Numbered from the stretch's first letter, positions 1-14,020 are shown. The stretch is 64,000 nt of DNA from Eledone cirrhosa (GCA_964016885.1 OZ024747.1:54250001-54314000), one strand, 5' to 3'. A program made the numbers and translations. The notes: a model not told the origin generated them from the letters alone.

Positions 1-175
1 AAGAAGATAACGTAGGAGAGAACAAACAGTGACACAAAATAAAACCCAGTCATCTAGGTTGTCACAAAAAATGTGTGACAAAAAACTTTGACAATATATA
101 AACCACCATCTAGTTATCGAACCAATCACACAACTGGAAATTTATAATAAATTGAAAGGAAAATCAGCAAGTGAA
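1..175 (+). mobile_element. Decayed copy of the HHR-bearing family seen at 39040-39512
   Basis: GTCAC...GTGAC-AAAAAACTTTGACAATATATA and GGAAATTTATAATAAATTGAA match the 39 kb element. The hammerhead core has decayed. Confidence 0.55.
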
Positions 176-611
176 TAGAAGTATATTGTATAGCTTATTG
201 TAGGTAGGATGTGTGAGATAAAACAAACAGAATGGATAGAAGGACGAAAGAAGACAAAGAAAGAAAATAACGAGATATTTTCTGTTGCACGATCCAGTAT
301 TTTAAAATAGTACTATGAATTAAATCATTCGAAACCATTTTCCTGGTTTGAGAGAAGATGAGTGTTAGAACTTCTCCTGTACATCGCCTTTCATTTCCTT
401 CTTCCAGTCATGGCTATGCGCTAACCCAAATCGGATCGTCTTTGTGTCATTTCCCCCATCACTGTCATTGACAGATATTTGGCTGTTTTAACAGCTATTC
501 TAGAGATGATTTTTCGCATTTTTCTATGAAATAGAATATACTCTCACATCATTTCTATCAGAGACAAAAATGTTTAATCATATACATACCTACGTATATA
601 CATATGTACGT

Positions 612-688
<77 letters not shown>

Positions 689-857
689 CACAGAAACACA
701 TACACACACACACACAAATACACATACATACACACACACACCTACACACACACACACACATGCACAGACACACATATATATATATAATAAATACATACAT
801 ATACACACGCACACATATATATATATATATAAATATATATATATATGTATATATATA

Positions 858-949
858 GAAGAAGAGTCAGGACCCCGACGGTAGAGCTACAGCCGTTTCG
901 ACAGCGAGATCCGACGGACGAGGTTCAGCCGTCGTGGTCCTGACCCATT

Positions 950-951
<2 letters not shown>
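858..951. mobile_element. Family D-like foldback element in (TA)n
   Basis: Inverted arms GTCAGGACCCCGACGG / CCGTCGTGGTCCTGAC. Similar to 24681-24844 and 63581-63714. Confidence 0.6.
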
Positions 952-1005
<54 letters not shown>

Positions 1006-1009
<4 letters not shown>

Positions 1010-1250
1010 GAAGTTATATTTAATTTGTTGGGATTCCAACAATCTCAAAAGATTATAACTGATATAAAGCACTCAACAAATTACTGGAGTAAATATTCAA
1101 TATATTAATAAATGGAAACTATATTTATAAAACCATAATTATTTTATTATATATATTTCAAGGGCAACCAAGGCATTCTTGGTGCATTTTCATCAGATAA
1201 AATACAAGATTTGTTTCATAAATATTGACATAACCGTGGAAAAACAATCT
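1006..1250 (-). mobile_element. pLTR/retrozyme-like element, family A, copy 1, inverted and upstream of the PLE ORF
   Basis: Abuts (TA)n. Homologous to 41105-41376 and 43667-43938. Contains a hammerhead motif. Confidence 0.7.
1142..1202 (-). ncRNA. Minimal type I hammerhead ribozyme (family A)
   Basis: Reverse complement: TTTTAT-CTGATGA-stem II (GCACCAAG/CTTGGTTGC)-GAAA-TATATA-TA-ATAAAA. Stem I is complementary and the stem III loop is palindromic. Confidence 0.8.
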
Positions 1251-2530
1251 TGATGGTTGAAAGATAACTGGATAGTGGACATTTTTTTTTTTATTGAGGG
1301 TAATTCAAAGTTCTGTGTGATTATGCACATGAATGTCCGAAAGATTGAAAAAGCAACCGTTTATTTAAATTATACTGTTGGAAGAAGAGAGAGAAAAAAG
1401 AGAAAAGAAGAAAGAGAGAAAATAATATTATTATATGTAGAGTTATAGTGGAGAAGTAAAGTGAAGAAAGAAAGAGCGAAGAAATAAGCTTATCAGAGGA
1501 TGAGTTTGTATATCGTAAATACGACATATGTTCATGTTAGATATTTATGTTACGTATATTTACTAATAATTGTTAAATTTTACTATAGTAAGTATATAGA
1601 AAGTTAGATATATAAGAAAAATAAAGATATATCAAAGATAAAAGATATATTAAACATATTAAGATACATTAAAATATATTAAAATAAAACATATTAAGAT
1701 ATATTAAAATATATCTACATATATTAGATATATTAAAATATATTACAAATGGAGCATAGATATAAAGATAGATATATGAGAATACAATGGGTATATCATG
1801 TTATAGATGTTAAATTATTTAAATTAAATTAAATTAAATTAACTGAGTCTATAAGATTATATGTTTAATGTTTTACATTGGAAAAATATTGAAAATCCGA
1901 GTTTTGTTTATTTATTAATTATTATGAGATAAGTTTGTTTAAAGATATCTTTCGCCATAGTTTGTTACTGGGTGTAACTGTAATATTAAATAATTACAAA
2001 AATTAGAAAAAGTTACTAATAAATTACTAAAAAATTACAAAAAATTAGATAATTAATTAAAAATATAAGAAAATAGTAAAACCATTAAAAATTTCGGACT
2101 ATAAAAATTAAGACTATAAAAAGACTTTCAAGAGATATTTTTTAAAAAGACATAAAAAAAGACTCCGAAGGTACTCGAAAACCTTTTAAAAACAATTTAA
2201 AAACGTTTAAAAATTAAACCATAAAATTATTTAGGAATTATAATTAAAACCTAAAATTATTCAAAAATATAAGAAAAATTAAGAAATATTTAAAAATACT
2301 TAAAATATTTAAAAATATTTAGAAATGTTTAAACTATTATAAAAAAGATAAACAATTGGGTGACCCCCAAAAAATAGATTTTGGAAATAAATAATTTTTT
2401 ATAAAAATTTTAAGTAATCTTTCTAAAAAGATTATGAGATATTTTGGAAGTTAGAAAATAAAGATAAAAATAAAGATGTTTAAGAAGTAAAAAATATTAA
2501 AAAGTAATGATTTAAGAAGTAAATTATATA

Positions 2531-3949
2531 TATATCACTACTAATTTACTTAACAAAGCACTTATCTACGCATCTAAATATACTGATTTATCTAGCGATG
2601 AAATGCATATCATTTTAACTGCACGGAAAACCTTAATTAAATTTAATAACCATCTTTGCACCAGAGCAGATACAGATAATAATTTCGATATCACTATGGG
2701 GTCATCGGACTCGGCGCAGTGAACAGATCTTGTGGGCCTTTTTATTAACAATGCATTACACAGAAAATTACCGGAGATGACCGGTGGTTTATATCGTGGT
2801 GATATGCTGCTGTTAATTGAAAATAATAATAATTGTGAAATTAATAGAAAAAGAAAATCAATAATACAATTTTTTAATAGATATAATCTTAAGTTAGAAA
2901 TAGAGAATAATTATAAAATAGTTAACTTTTTAGACGTAACATTAACCTTTAATACTGGGCTATACTATCCATTCCATAAAATTAATTAAAATTTAAATCA
3001 TGTTAACTTTAACTCTAATCATCCTAGATCTGTTAAGAACACTATCGTAAATTCTGTACAGCAACGTGTTTCTAGAATTTCAGCGAATAAAAATATAATT
3101 GAGGATAAGGCACAATATTATAACGAAGCTTTAAGTAGAGCAGGCAATAATAATGAAATTAAATACACCGACAATAATGATAAGGCAATTAACCATGATA
3201 TTAAACATAATATTAATTATAATTATAATTATAATTATAATAAGAAACCTAGCATAAACTATAAAACTAAAAGAAGAAATAGAACTAGAACATAATATGG
3301 TATGCTCCTCCATTTTCATTAAGCATTAAAATACCTGTAGCTAAAATATTTTTTAAAGCTCTTGATAAATGTTTCCCCATGACACATAGATATTATTCAA
3401 TCTTTAACAGACATACAATTAAACTATCTTACTCTACTACTATGAATTTAACACAGAATATAAATAAAATCAATAATAGAAATCTAAACCTTAACCAGAA
3501 TAGCACTAATAGCTCTAGAAATATCCAATATAATAATACTGTTCTGGATAATATATGTAATTGTAGAATTAAATCTAATTGTCCTTTAAAAAATAACTGT
3601 CTAGTTAAAAATGTAGTCTATAATTGCAATGTCAAAACTAATAATAATACTTTTAACTATGTAGGCTCAACTTCTACAGACTTTAAATCCCATTTCAATA
3701 ACCATAAAAGTTCGATTAATAATGTTGGTAAAAAATCTTCACCTTCTCTATCCAACTTGATATGGAACCTAAAATCCCAAAATTCTCTATCTTGAAATAT
3801 AATATTAAAAAGCACCTGCTTACAAAAACACAGCTTTATCCAAATATTGCAATTTATGTGTTGCAGAAATTTTCTTCATACTTAAATGTAAGAACCCCAT
3901 TAATTTGCGTAATAATTTATTTAGTTCTTGTAAACATCGCCAAAATTGA
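2531..3949 (+). pseudogene. Decayed Penelope-like element ORF: reverse transcriptase plus C-terminal GIY-YIG endonuclease, Hydra-group-like
   Basis: Manual translation gives RT motifs FDITMGSSDSAQ*TDLVG, GLYRGD (decayed YRDD), VNFLDVTL and the thumb motif SNHP. The linker reads NIIWYAPPF and IFNRHTIKLSYS, followed by CNCRIKSNC (CxCx5C), VVY...YVG (GIY-YIG), FKSHFNNHKSS, CNLC (CxxC) and terminal CKHR. Stops at 2720 and 2987, frameshifts and 5' truncation. Confidence 0.9.
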
Positions 3950-4376
3950 ACTTTTAGATATATATATAAAATATAATTACACGTCTAATCTTCCCTACAT
4001 AATGTTTACTCTATCCAAACACCTATAATCCCATTTCTTAAATTGTATGCATATATGTTTATAAATTCTAAATCTTTAAATTGAAATTTAAATTTAAAAT
4101 TAAATTTAGTGTAATTCTAATTCTAATATCTTTTACTTCTTAAAAATATATATAATTTACTTCTTAATTAATTACCGATGATGTTGATATTTTCTACTTT
4201 TCGGGTTATAGCTACTGTCGCTCAGAGACTGCGATTGGCTCACTGCACAATTCCCCCCCCCCTTTAAACATATCTTCACGCATAGGCATTGCACGATAGA
4301 ATTAATTAATAGTTATTAATAATGGTATATCGTGCAATGGTCATACTCGATAACTAGGAGACAGCCATCATATATG

Positions 4377-4420
<44 letters not shown>

Positions 4421-4424
<4 letters not shown>

Positions 4425-4994
4425 TATGTATGTATACGTACATACATATATGTATACAGACGTACAGTAGCACGCACATATATATATATACATACATATA
4501 TACACATATGCATACAGGTACACATACATATATGCACGCATCAGTTTAGCATCACTCAATATGCAAATTAGGCTGCTCAGCCGTTAATTTTCATAAGGAA
4601 AGTATATACTTTCGAACGTTCAACTATCTGGCAGATGGGTAAACGGTGCTGATGATAGCTAAGAAGCTTGAAACTAGTACATCGTTCCTGTGTCAGTGTT
4701 GAACAAAAAGGTGACTTGGTTGCCTTAACACCGTATGGCATAAATTCAGGCTGTTCGCTTTGTTGACAAACAAACGAACAAAGCGGCCGGCGTTATAATA
4801 AACGTCGGCTAAACTGATGCGTGCATATATGTATGTGTACCTGTATGCATATGTGTATATATGTATGCATATATATATGTGCGTGCTACTGTACGTCTGT
4901 ATACATATATGTATGTACGTATACATACATACTTACATCTAAGTAAGTGCCATACTAAGAGTGAGAAATGAAATTTCGTTTTCATTTTTTTCAA

Positions 4995-4997
<3 letters not shown>
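4421..4997 (+). mobile_element. Family C HHR element with a 5' inverted segment
   Basis: 4421-4550 is an inverted copy of 4808-4935. 4555-4997 is homologous, in reverse complement, to 9930-10323. (TA)n on both sides. Confidence 0.7.
4642..4686 (+). ncRNA. Minimal type I hammerhead ribozyme (family C)
   Basis: ACGGTG-CTGATGA-T AGCT AAGA AGCT T-GAAA-CTAG-TA-CATCGT. Confidence 0.8.
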
Positions 4998-5076
<79 letters not shown>

Positions 5077-5125
5077 TATACATATATATATACATATATA
5101 TATATATATACATATATATATTTGT

Positions 5126-5186
<61 letters not shown>

Positions 5187-5298
5187 TAAGAGGAATTCCA
5201 ACTTTGTCTGATTTACTCGTTTTATTTACAATCCTTTAAAATATATAATGGTATTATAATGAAATGGTATGATGGAGTATTAAATTCTAAGTGTTAAT

Positions 5299-5337
5299 TG
5301 AACAAGTACTTTCATGCTTTCGCAATCTTCAGGTTCA
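5299..5337 (-). ncRNA. Minimal type I hammerhead ribozyme
   Basis: Reverse complement: TGAAC-CTGAAGA-T TGC GAAA GCA T-GAAA-GTAC-TT-GTTCA. Confidence 0.75.
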
Positions 5338-5471
5338 TAATATGTGGTGACAGTCAAGTTTGCAATTTTCAACTGTGAAAAATAGTGTAAAATTGAACGG
5401 AAACAAAACAGAGAGGCAGTGCGAACAAAGGTTTATTAGTTTCACGCTTTTGAGAGTGAGGTGGTGGTGGG

Positions 5472-5507
5472 GAACGACGTTTCAGGCATAAGCCCTTCTT
5501 CAGGAGA
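5472..5507 (-). ncRNA. Hammerhead motif with weak stem I
   Basis: Reverse complement: CTC-CTGAAGA-AGGGCTTATGCCT-GAAA-CG-TC. This is the typical PLE pLTR-type core, but stem I pairs poorly. Confidence 0.55.
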
Positions 5508-6244
5508 AAAGTGTGTGTGAAGAGAGTTCCAAGGGTGTGTAGGGGAGTGGGGGAGAGTGGGGGAGAGACATTTAGAAGAAAGGGGTTGAGAGGAAACGGT
5601 ACAAATGCAAATAAATATAAAAGCATAATAAAAATAAAAATAAACATGAAGTAAAACAAGTGGTGGAAGGATGTGGGGCGTGTAGGGGTGGTGGTCGGTG
5701 GAGTGGGGAGAGGGAGGCGGAGTGTCCGAGCGGGGAGGGCTGAAGGTGGTGTGTGTGTATAGGTGTACGTGTGTGTATGTGAATGTGAGATTTGGGGGAA
5801 GAACGGGGTTGCATATTCAGGAAAAGGTGTATGTGGGGTGGGGTGTAGGTCGGTGTGTGTGCGTGTGTGGATGGAGAGGGGTCAGAGGGGTGGAGGAGGG
5901 AGGAGAGGATTCCGGAGGCTGAGTGTGTAAATATGTGGTGGTGCGCACGTGTGTGTGGTGTAAAATATTATTATATAACCTTCTTTTCTTATTTTATGAG
6001 GTATATCTGATGTATATGGATATATCCGTCCACATATACACTCACACACTTATATATACACGCATACATACACATATATATCTATCTATCTATCTATATA
6101 TCTATATATCTATATATGTAGAAGATGAGTAATATTGTAGAACAATAAAACTATGCATATATCAGATAAGTAGCACTCAACAGTTGGTAGAACTGGAGTA
6201 TATATTAAAGAAGAAATTGAAAGATGGTTAAAGAAGTTCCATAT

Positions 6245-6312
6245 ATTTTATTATGCGCATTTCGAAAACAATATCATCCTAGGACAAAAATTGTGTTCTC
6301 ATCAGATAAAAT
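6245..6312 (-). ncRNA. Minimal type I hammerhead ribozyme (family B, intact)
   Basis: Reverse complement: ATTTTAT-CTGATGA-GAACACAAT...ATTGTTTTC-GAAA-TGCGCA-TA-ATAAAAT. Confidence 0.85.
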
Positions 6313-6406
6313 AAGGTAACATGATATGAGGCCTAAAAATACATGTCATTTTAAGGACCAAATAAGCTAGTCCTTTTAAGGGGATATTTAAATGAAGAAG
6401 ATTCTT

Positions 6407-6675
6407 TTAAAGCAAGATTCTATAATCATTCTTCTTCATTTAAATATCCACTTGAAAAGACCAGCACCGCACTCTCAGAGCTTATTTGGTCCTTAAAAGA
6501 CAACAACATTAATTACGAAATTTCTTGGCCTAAAATCTACAACTAATCTCCATACTCCAATGCTTCCATATCTAGTGTTTGTAATTTATGTCTAGTTGAA
6601 CAATTTACCATTATCAATTTCAACTCTGCAATAAATAGAAGAACAGATTTCAAAACCTTTCACAAAGTATATAGC
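6407..6675 (+). pseudogene. GIY-YIG endonuclease C-terminal remnant of a Hydra-like PLE
   Basis: FKARFYNHSSSF...TALSELIWSLKD...CNLCLVE...NRR, parallel to 3680-3900. One internal stop. Confidence 0.75.
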
Positions 6676-7489
6676 TAATGTCCTATAACATATTCCACGA
6701 ATAACGGTTAATTTTTTTTACACATATATTTTTTTTACAGATATTTCTTACAGATATTTCATTATATTCTACAATGTATTAATTCAGTTTTCTCAGCATA
6801 TTTTAAGCCTTTGACCTTTTTTCGATAGCCTTAAATTTTCGCTCAAACCTTCGTAGATTTTGTAAACAAACTATGACGTCATATGTTTTTCTACGTTTAT
6901 AAATCCTTCTAGCAATTTCCTTTATTTACTTGTTGATATTAAATAATAATTAAATAGTATACCCCACATATATCGATTTTTAACAGAAATTTTTAATTTT
7001 GACATAGTTGACTATTTTTATTTTTATATTTTTATTGTATTTTTTTTATTTTAAAACTCTTTTTTATACTTATTTTAATTTAATTTAATTTTCTTTTATT
7101 AATACATTTTTACACTTCTTAATCCAATTTTTAGTATTTAAACCCAATATAAAATAATATACCCAGTTTCTATATTTTAGACCTCTAATATTTGAAAACC
7201 TTCTATAATATTCGCACATACACCTCATCAATTTACTTTTCAGCCGTTATTTACAGCTGTTTTCATTTTGACAGCGTTCCTGATCAAAGGTCTCTCTCTC
7301 TCTCTCTTTCCCTTTCTCTCTCTTCCTTCTTTCTTTTTTCCTTTTTTCCTCTCTTCTCTTTCTTTTCCCTTTTTCTCCTTTCCTTTTCTTCTATTTTCCT
7401 ATCTTTTTGTTACTCTTATATTTCTGTCATATGTAGACTTGACACTTTCTTGTTGACATGTGTTTTTAGGCCTCATATCATGTAATCTT

Positions 7490-7557
7490 ATTTTATCTGA
7501 TGAGAACACAATGTTTGTCCAAGGTTGATGTTGTTTTCTAAATGCGCATAATAAAAT
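7490..7557 (+). ncRNA. Hammerhead (family B) with core GAAA mutated to TAAA
   Basis: Inverted copy of 6245-6312 with a G>T change in the conserved GAAA. Predicted inactive. Confidence 0.7.
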
Positions 7558-7593
7558 ATATGGAACTTCTTTAACCATCTTTTAATTCTTCTT

Positions 7594-7736
<143 letters not shown>

Positions 7737-8744
7737 TATATATATATATTAAAATAACAGATTAAAGTTTAAGCAAAGAATAGCGTATATTCTTCTAAAT
7801 GTTTTAAATTAAACATACGGTATATTGCCAAGTACACTATACATACATTCACGTATACATCGCTATATCAGAGCACCAATCCTAATACCTAATTTTTGCT
7901 GGATCGGCAATGTATAATCAGCTCCTGACTATTACTGGAATTCTATAAGAATCCAGCGTCTATAATTTTCGGCGAAAGCAGGGTGTACGTGGCTCTGATC
8001 AACGCCAGCCAGCGTGAAACAGACTGTCAGCTTCTATCCCTTCTTTCGCCGAAAAGAAGTAACTGACATAGTCACTACATATACACATGTATATATATAT
8101 AAAGAAAGAAAGAGAGAGGGACAGAGAGACAGAGAGAGAAGGTGGAATAGTTCAAATTTTCCTTACGGTGCCGTTTAAAAATTCGTTAGCTGAAGCAAAA
8201 ATCGATCTAAGTAATCAATTATCGATTACCAAATATCGGTTCGTAAATACATAAATACATACATACTGAGTTAGACGATGATTAAATGAGTAGGCTTTGC
8301 TGTTCAGTGCACCCTTCGTACTTGCGAAACCTTTGTTGATATAACTGACCAGCTTTTCTTCCCCAATGTCTACCATAACATTCAAACCCAGACGAAATGG
8401 AAATTATCTTTTGTAAGAATAATAACAAAAATAAAAATTATTTATTGTTATTATTATGCAAACTAAACACATCGAGACTGCTTTTATCTATGTTTTCTTC
8501 CTCCCCCTAATGTGTATATTGTCAAGCCTGACGTTTCTTCTCAACTTTCCAGGATCGACACAATATGTTTCAGTTAATATACTTTCCATAGCTTACAGAC
8601 TCATTGAGCAGACGTTTATCCCGGTTTTAGCTGTTAATCGTTTGGAAATACAATACTTGAATATGGCACCTGGTCGTCACAAACTTAATGGCGGTATACT
8701 GCTGTTGCTGTATGTAATATTTACAGTTATGTCTATTGTGGAAA

Positions 8745-8855
8745 TGCGAAATAAAGAGACTTGCTCAAAGTCAAAATGCCCCGCAATATGCAAGGATAGA
8801 GCAAATGGCCTTACAATTAGGAATCGAATATCCTAAGCACCAGACCACACACATT
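8745..8855 (-). mobile_element. Degenerate CORE-like SINE
   Basis: Reverse complement GTGTGGTCTGGTGCTTAGG...TTGAGCAAGTCTCTTTATTTC resembles 16682-16790. Confidence 0.4.
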
Positions 8856-9468
8856 CATCCTGTTTTTTTACTGTGGATTTTCTGATCGATTTGTCCACTC
8901 AACTAAAAATTATACCGTCCCTAATAAATGGAACAGACATAATTTCAAAATGTCACTTTTGAATGAAAATACATTTTAAATTTTGGTATGGAATTTCTTT
9001 TTATTCATCCTACTCAACTAATAAAATTACATCAACGGAGAGTTAATAAGTTACATGGGAAGAATATTAAAATTTGAGTATGCTGGAGTAGCTTTAATTA
9101 GATGAAGTATGGGCTTACATCTATTTCAATATATATAAATGTCAAGTTAATTTAATGCCTTTTAGGTTTAATTAGATAAAGTATGTACAGACAACTATTC
9201 ATATATAAATATACTTTTTTAAATGTCAAATTATATAAACGTTTATCCATAGTTTCTGTGGATTAGTTTTCATAAAAAATATTTTGCTTTCACTTCTATG
9301 AAAGGGTCCCAAAATTCCTTTTCTTAGCTGTCGAAACACAAATCCAACCATGATACCGATGCTTTATATCTAGGCTCCTTTTATTCATTACTTTCTCCCC
9401 CTTTTCTTTTCTTCCTTTCATCAAGATAGATAGATAGATAGATATATAGATAGATATATAGATAGATA

Positions 9469-9565
9469 GATTTCTTTATTTGCCACAAGGGCGCACAAGA
9501 AAAGGGGACAATACAAAGACACATGCCGGGGATTTTACATACAGTCGTGTAAAAAAAAAAAAAAG
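9469..9565 (-). mobile_element. Tx1/L1 3'-end fragment inside (GATA)n
   Basis: GATTTCTTTATTTGCCAC...GGGGACAATAC...GTCGTGTAAAAAAA matches 35995-36085. (GATA)n on both sides. Confidence 0.75.
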
Positions 9566-9622
<57 letters not shown>

Positions 9623-9929
9623 GGATAGATTATTAAGCTAACATAGAGTTTGCATTTTCAAAACCCGATATTGACATTGAAAAATAGTTTGATAATTTGA
9701 TAAGCAAGTCACTGGAGAGGGACATAAAATGGACAGCGTCCCACAGATGATGCTGTCCACATTTTGTGTCTCCAATGTCTCAATGGCTTAATATGCTCAA
9801 AATATTAGGTTATTTTTCATAGTTAAAAAAAAAAATGAATGTTGAGTCCATTAACTGTCAATTAACTTCAATATTGGAAATTCGTAACTCACTCAACGCT
9901 TCTAAAAATAATGTTTTTATATATATATA

Positions 9930-10321
9930 AACGGAAAAATGAATAAAAAACGAAATTTCATTTCCCACTCTTAGTACGGCTGTTACTTAAATATAAGTAT
10001 GTACACGTACATACATATATGTATACAGACGCACAGTTGTATGTATATATATATACATACATGCACACATATATATATGTACGTATGGATTCACCGAACA
10101 TTTATTATAATGCTCGGTGTGTTTGTAAATAAACATCCCGTATTAAGCCGTAGTGTCTAGCAACCATCGTTGCTCGTTTGTTCAATACTGACAAAGGAAC
10201 GCTGTACTAGTTTCAAACTTATTATCGTCAGCAACGTATACCTTCTTGCCAGATTGTTGAACGTATATACTTACCTTATGCCTATTAACGGCTGAGTAGC
10301 CCAATTTGTATATCGAGTGGG

Positions 10322-10323
<2 letters not shown>
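9930..10323 (-). mobile_element. Family C element, copy 2, with hammerhead at 10199-10237
   Basis: Reverse-complement homology to 4555-4997. Reverse complement reads ACGTTG-CTGACGA-...-GAAA-CTAG-TA-CAGCGT, with stem II eroded. TA-flanked. Confidence 0.7.
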
Positions 10324-10383
<60 letters not shown>

Positions 10384-10570
10384 CATCGCATAAATAGAGC
10401 AATTGACAAATCGTTGACAAAATGTTGGTATATATCAGTCCACAAAACCATATATAGCACACACGACACATAACACGACACACAATACATATATCTACAC
10501 ATGGCATATGGCACCACTCACAACCCACAATACCACAGATTCTTCTCAACATTTTCCCCTGCACACTACA

Positions 10571-10767
10571 TAATTGTTTCTATATTTGGCACGAGGCCAG
10601 CAATCACCCAGTACATTACTGGTACTTTATTTTATCGACCCCGTAAGGATGAAAGGCAAAGTTAACCTCGGCGGGATTTGAACGCAGATCGTAAAGGGAC
10701 GTAACTATGCTGGAATTATATGCTGGAATTTATGGCGTCCGACTCTCTACCTATACTGACAATCCAC
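10571..10767 (-). mobile_element. tRNA-derived SINE (major family)
   Basis: Near-identical to other copies. Core GCCTTTCATCCTTACGGGGTCGATAAAATAAAGTACCAG (Nin/Deu-domain-like). Confidence 0.85.
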
Positions 10768-11049
10768 TAGATAATGCCACATATACAACACATCCCTACT
10801 AACGGCACGCACCACCACACACTACATGCCGCCACACACCGCATACATCACCAGACACGTTACACATTAACACTAAAATAGAGCACATGCCAATACACAC
10901 AGCAAACAACACCGCACATGACACACCCCACGTGACACCACAAAATATAGCACTCAAACCATATAGCACGCATGACCACAACAAATAAGACACACGTGCA
11001 CTTGACCAAGCATCACTAGGACTGTCTCACAAATCTACACTCAACCATA

Positions 11050-11200
11050 TGTCTACCACCACCACCACCATCATCATCACCACTGCCAGCACCACTACCG
11101 ACACCACCACTCCACCACTACCACCACCATCGTCATCATCACCACCACCACAAACACCACCACCACCACCACCACCATCACAACCATACCAACTACCATC
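11050..11200. repeat. (CAC)n degenerate microsatellite
   Basis: Direct reading. Confidence 0.85.
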
Positions 11201-11964
11201 ACAGCCACCAGAATCATACCCACAACTAAAACCACAAACATTATATGCACCACAAAAAATACCCGGCATCACCACAACACCAAACACAACCACCCCCCAC
11301 CAGCAGAGTCCCCAACAAAGCCCCACTACAGCCCCTATTACAACCACCAACACATGGGACCACAAGCATTATCTCAAGAACCAATAAAACCTTCACCACC
11401 ATCGCCATAACTATCACAACTAAACTAGTAAGACACTAGCTCACCACCATCACCCCCATACCAACCACTGTAAGCAAGACACACCACATCACCCCCAGTA
11501 ACTGTACCTAATATACACAACAATAAAGTAAAAGAAAAAAAAATGTAGGAGGCGGACTATTGAAATTATATCACCATAGCAACAAATTTAACGAGTAATT
11601 CGTCAAATAAATATCAACGAAAATTAAGTTATTAGTTTAATTTCCCTCTTGACAAGTTGTGTAAGCGATCTATATAACAGAGACTGTGTGATGACGCTAG
11701 TGGTAAACCACCACACCACTTTAAAGCACTAACGCCACCACCAACACCAACACCAACACTACAACCAGAGCAACACCACAGCTACCACTAATGTAAACAC
11801 AACACAAACATACGCACGAACGCGTACACACTGCACAGACAAACACACACATACGACACACCTATGTCAACACATTGACACACAGCTGTGGACAACCTGA
11901 CCATACTTGGTTACTCAAACAAGCTGTATACATATAGATTGTATGAGGCTGTGGACTTCTAATT

Positions 11965-13000
<1,036 letters not shown>

Positions 13001-13324
13001 TAACATCAACATGATAGCTGAACAATCTTGATAATTACTACTATAAGGTTGGTTCCATTACAATGTAAAATTTATAAGGTTGACGGTGGAAGTGAAAAGT
13101 AGATTGCCTACACATACACACACACACTGACGTACATAATATATATACACACACACACACACATAGATATATATGCCTGATATTTCTGCGTGTATGTGTG
13201 TGTGTACACCAGTGTGTATGCGTATAAGCGAGATATTTAGCCGAAAACATTTTAAAACGTTGAAGTCAAATAACTTTTCTATGGTGACTGTTAAATAATA
13301 AGTGACAGCAAAGAGTTATATATA

Positions 13325-13719
13325 CGAGGGCAATCCCAAAAGTAACGTCTCCTTCCTATATTGCAACTTTTCCGTTAAAATCCTGTGGATGGTGCTTCGG
13401 GAAACATCAGGAATCAAAATGCAGAGAGCATCCAGAGTGATCCGCCGATCTTTACGCATGTTTTCCTCGGAAGGAGACCTTACTTTTGGGATTGCCCTCG
13501 TATATAATAACTGCGCGAAATTCGCACTTGGCGGTAGCGTTCAACGGGAGCTCCATTCACAACGGCTGCCAAGCCAAGATTGGCATCCCAGCAAAGCGCA
13601 CGCATGCTTGTTTGGGAGTGAAGGAAACACCAATCACAACAGTGTTGGCCTAAATCCATACGAGCAGTTTCTCTGCGTCCCCATCGCTTTGGAGACCTTA
13701 GTTTTTGGGATTACCCTCG
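13325..13719. mobile_element. Mariner/Tc1-type MITE (13325-13500) followed by a second segment ending in the same TIR (to 13719)
   Basis: TA|CGAGGGCAATCCCAAAAGTAA...TTACTTTTGGGATTGCCCTCG|TA, then a second right end TTTTGGGATTACCCTCG|TA. Confidence 0.8.
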
Positions 13720-13729
13720 TATATATATA

Positions 13730-13780
<51 letters not shown>

Positions 13781-13820
13781 CAAAATATTAATAAATGAAT
13801 AAATTCACATAATCAAAATA

Positions 13821-13886
13821 TGTTTTATTATATATATTTCGGAGGTACTGTGTTGTTTTTTTAGTACGTCCTCATCAGATAAAACA
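13821..13886 (-). ncRNA. Minimal type I hammerhead ribozyme in a TA-flanked element of about 200 bp (13778-13980)
   Basis: Reverse complement: TGTTTTAT-CTGATGA-GGACGTACT...AGTACCTCC-GAAA-TATATA-TA-ATAAAACA, with an 8-bp stem I. Confidence 0.85.
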
Positions 13887-13979
13887 CGTACTCATCAGAT
13901 AAAACTTCTTTGTTGAGTGTTTTAACCTATTGTAAAACTATATTCAATGAATAATCAATGAACCTTGTTTAACATTTGG

Positions 13980-14018
<39 letters not shown>

Positions 14019-14020
<2 letters not shown>

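Noticed and set aside
2720-2722. In-frame TGA in the PLE RT as possible selenocysteine (as in Naiad elements)
   Set aside because: It does not align with an obviously conserved Cys, the ORF has other stops, frameshifts and a broken YRDD, and no SECIS was recognised.
8456-8836. 126-aa ORF as a host exon
   Set aside because: It has no recognisable domain and overlaps a degenerate SINE.
11049-11387. Pro/Thr-rich mucin-like ORF
   Set aside because: It comes from a CAC microsatellite, with no splice or domain evidence.
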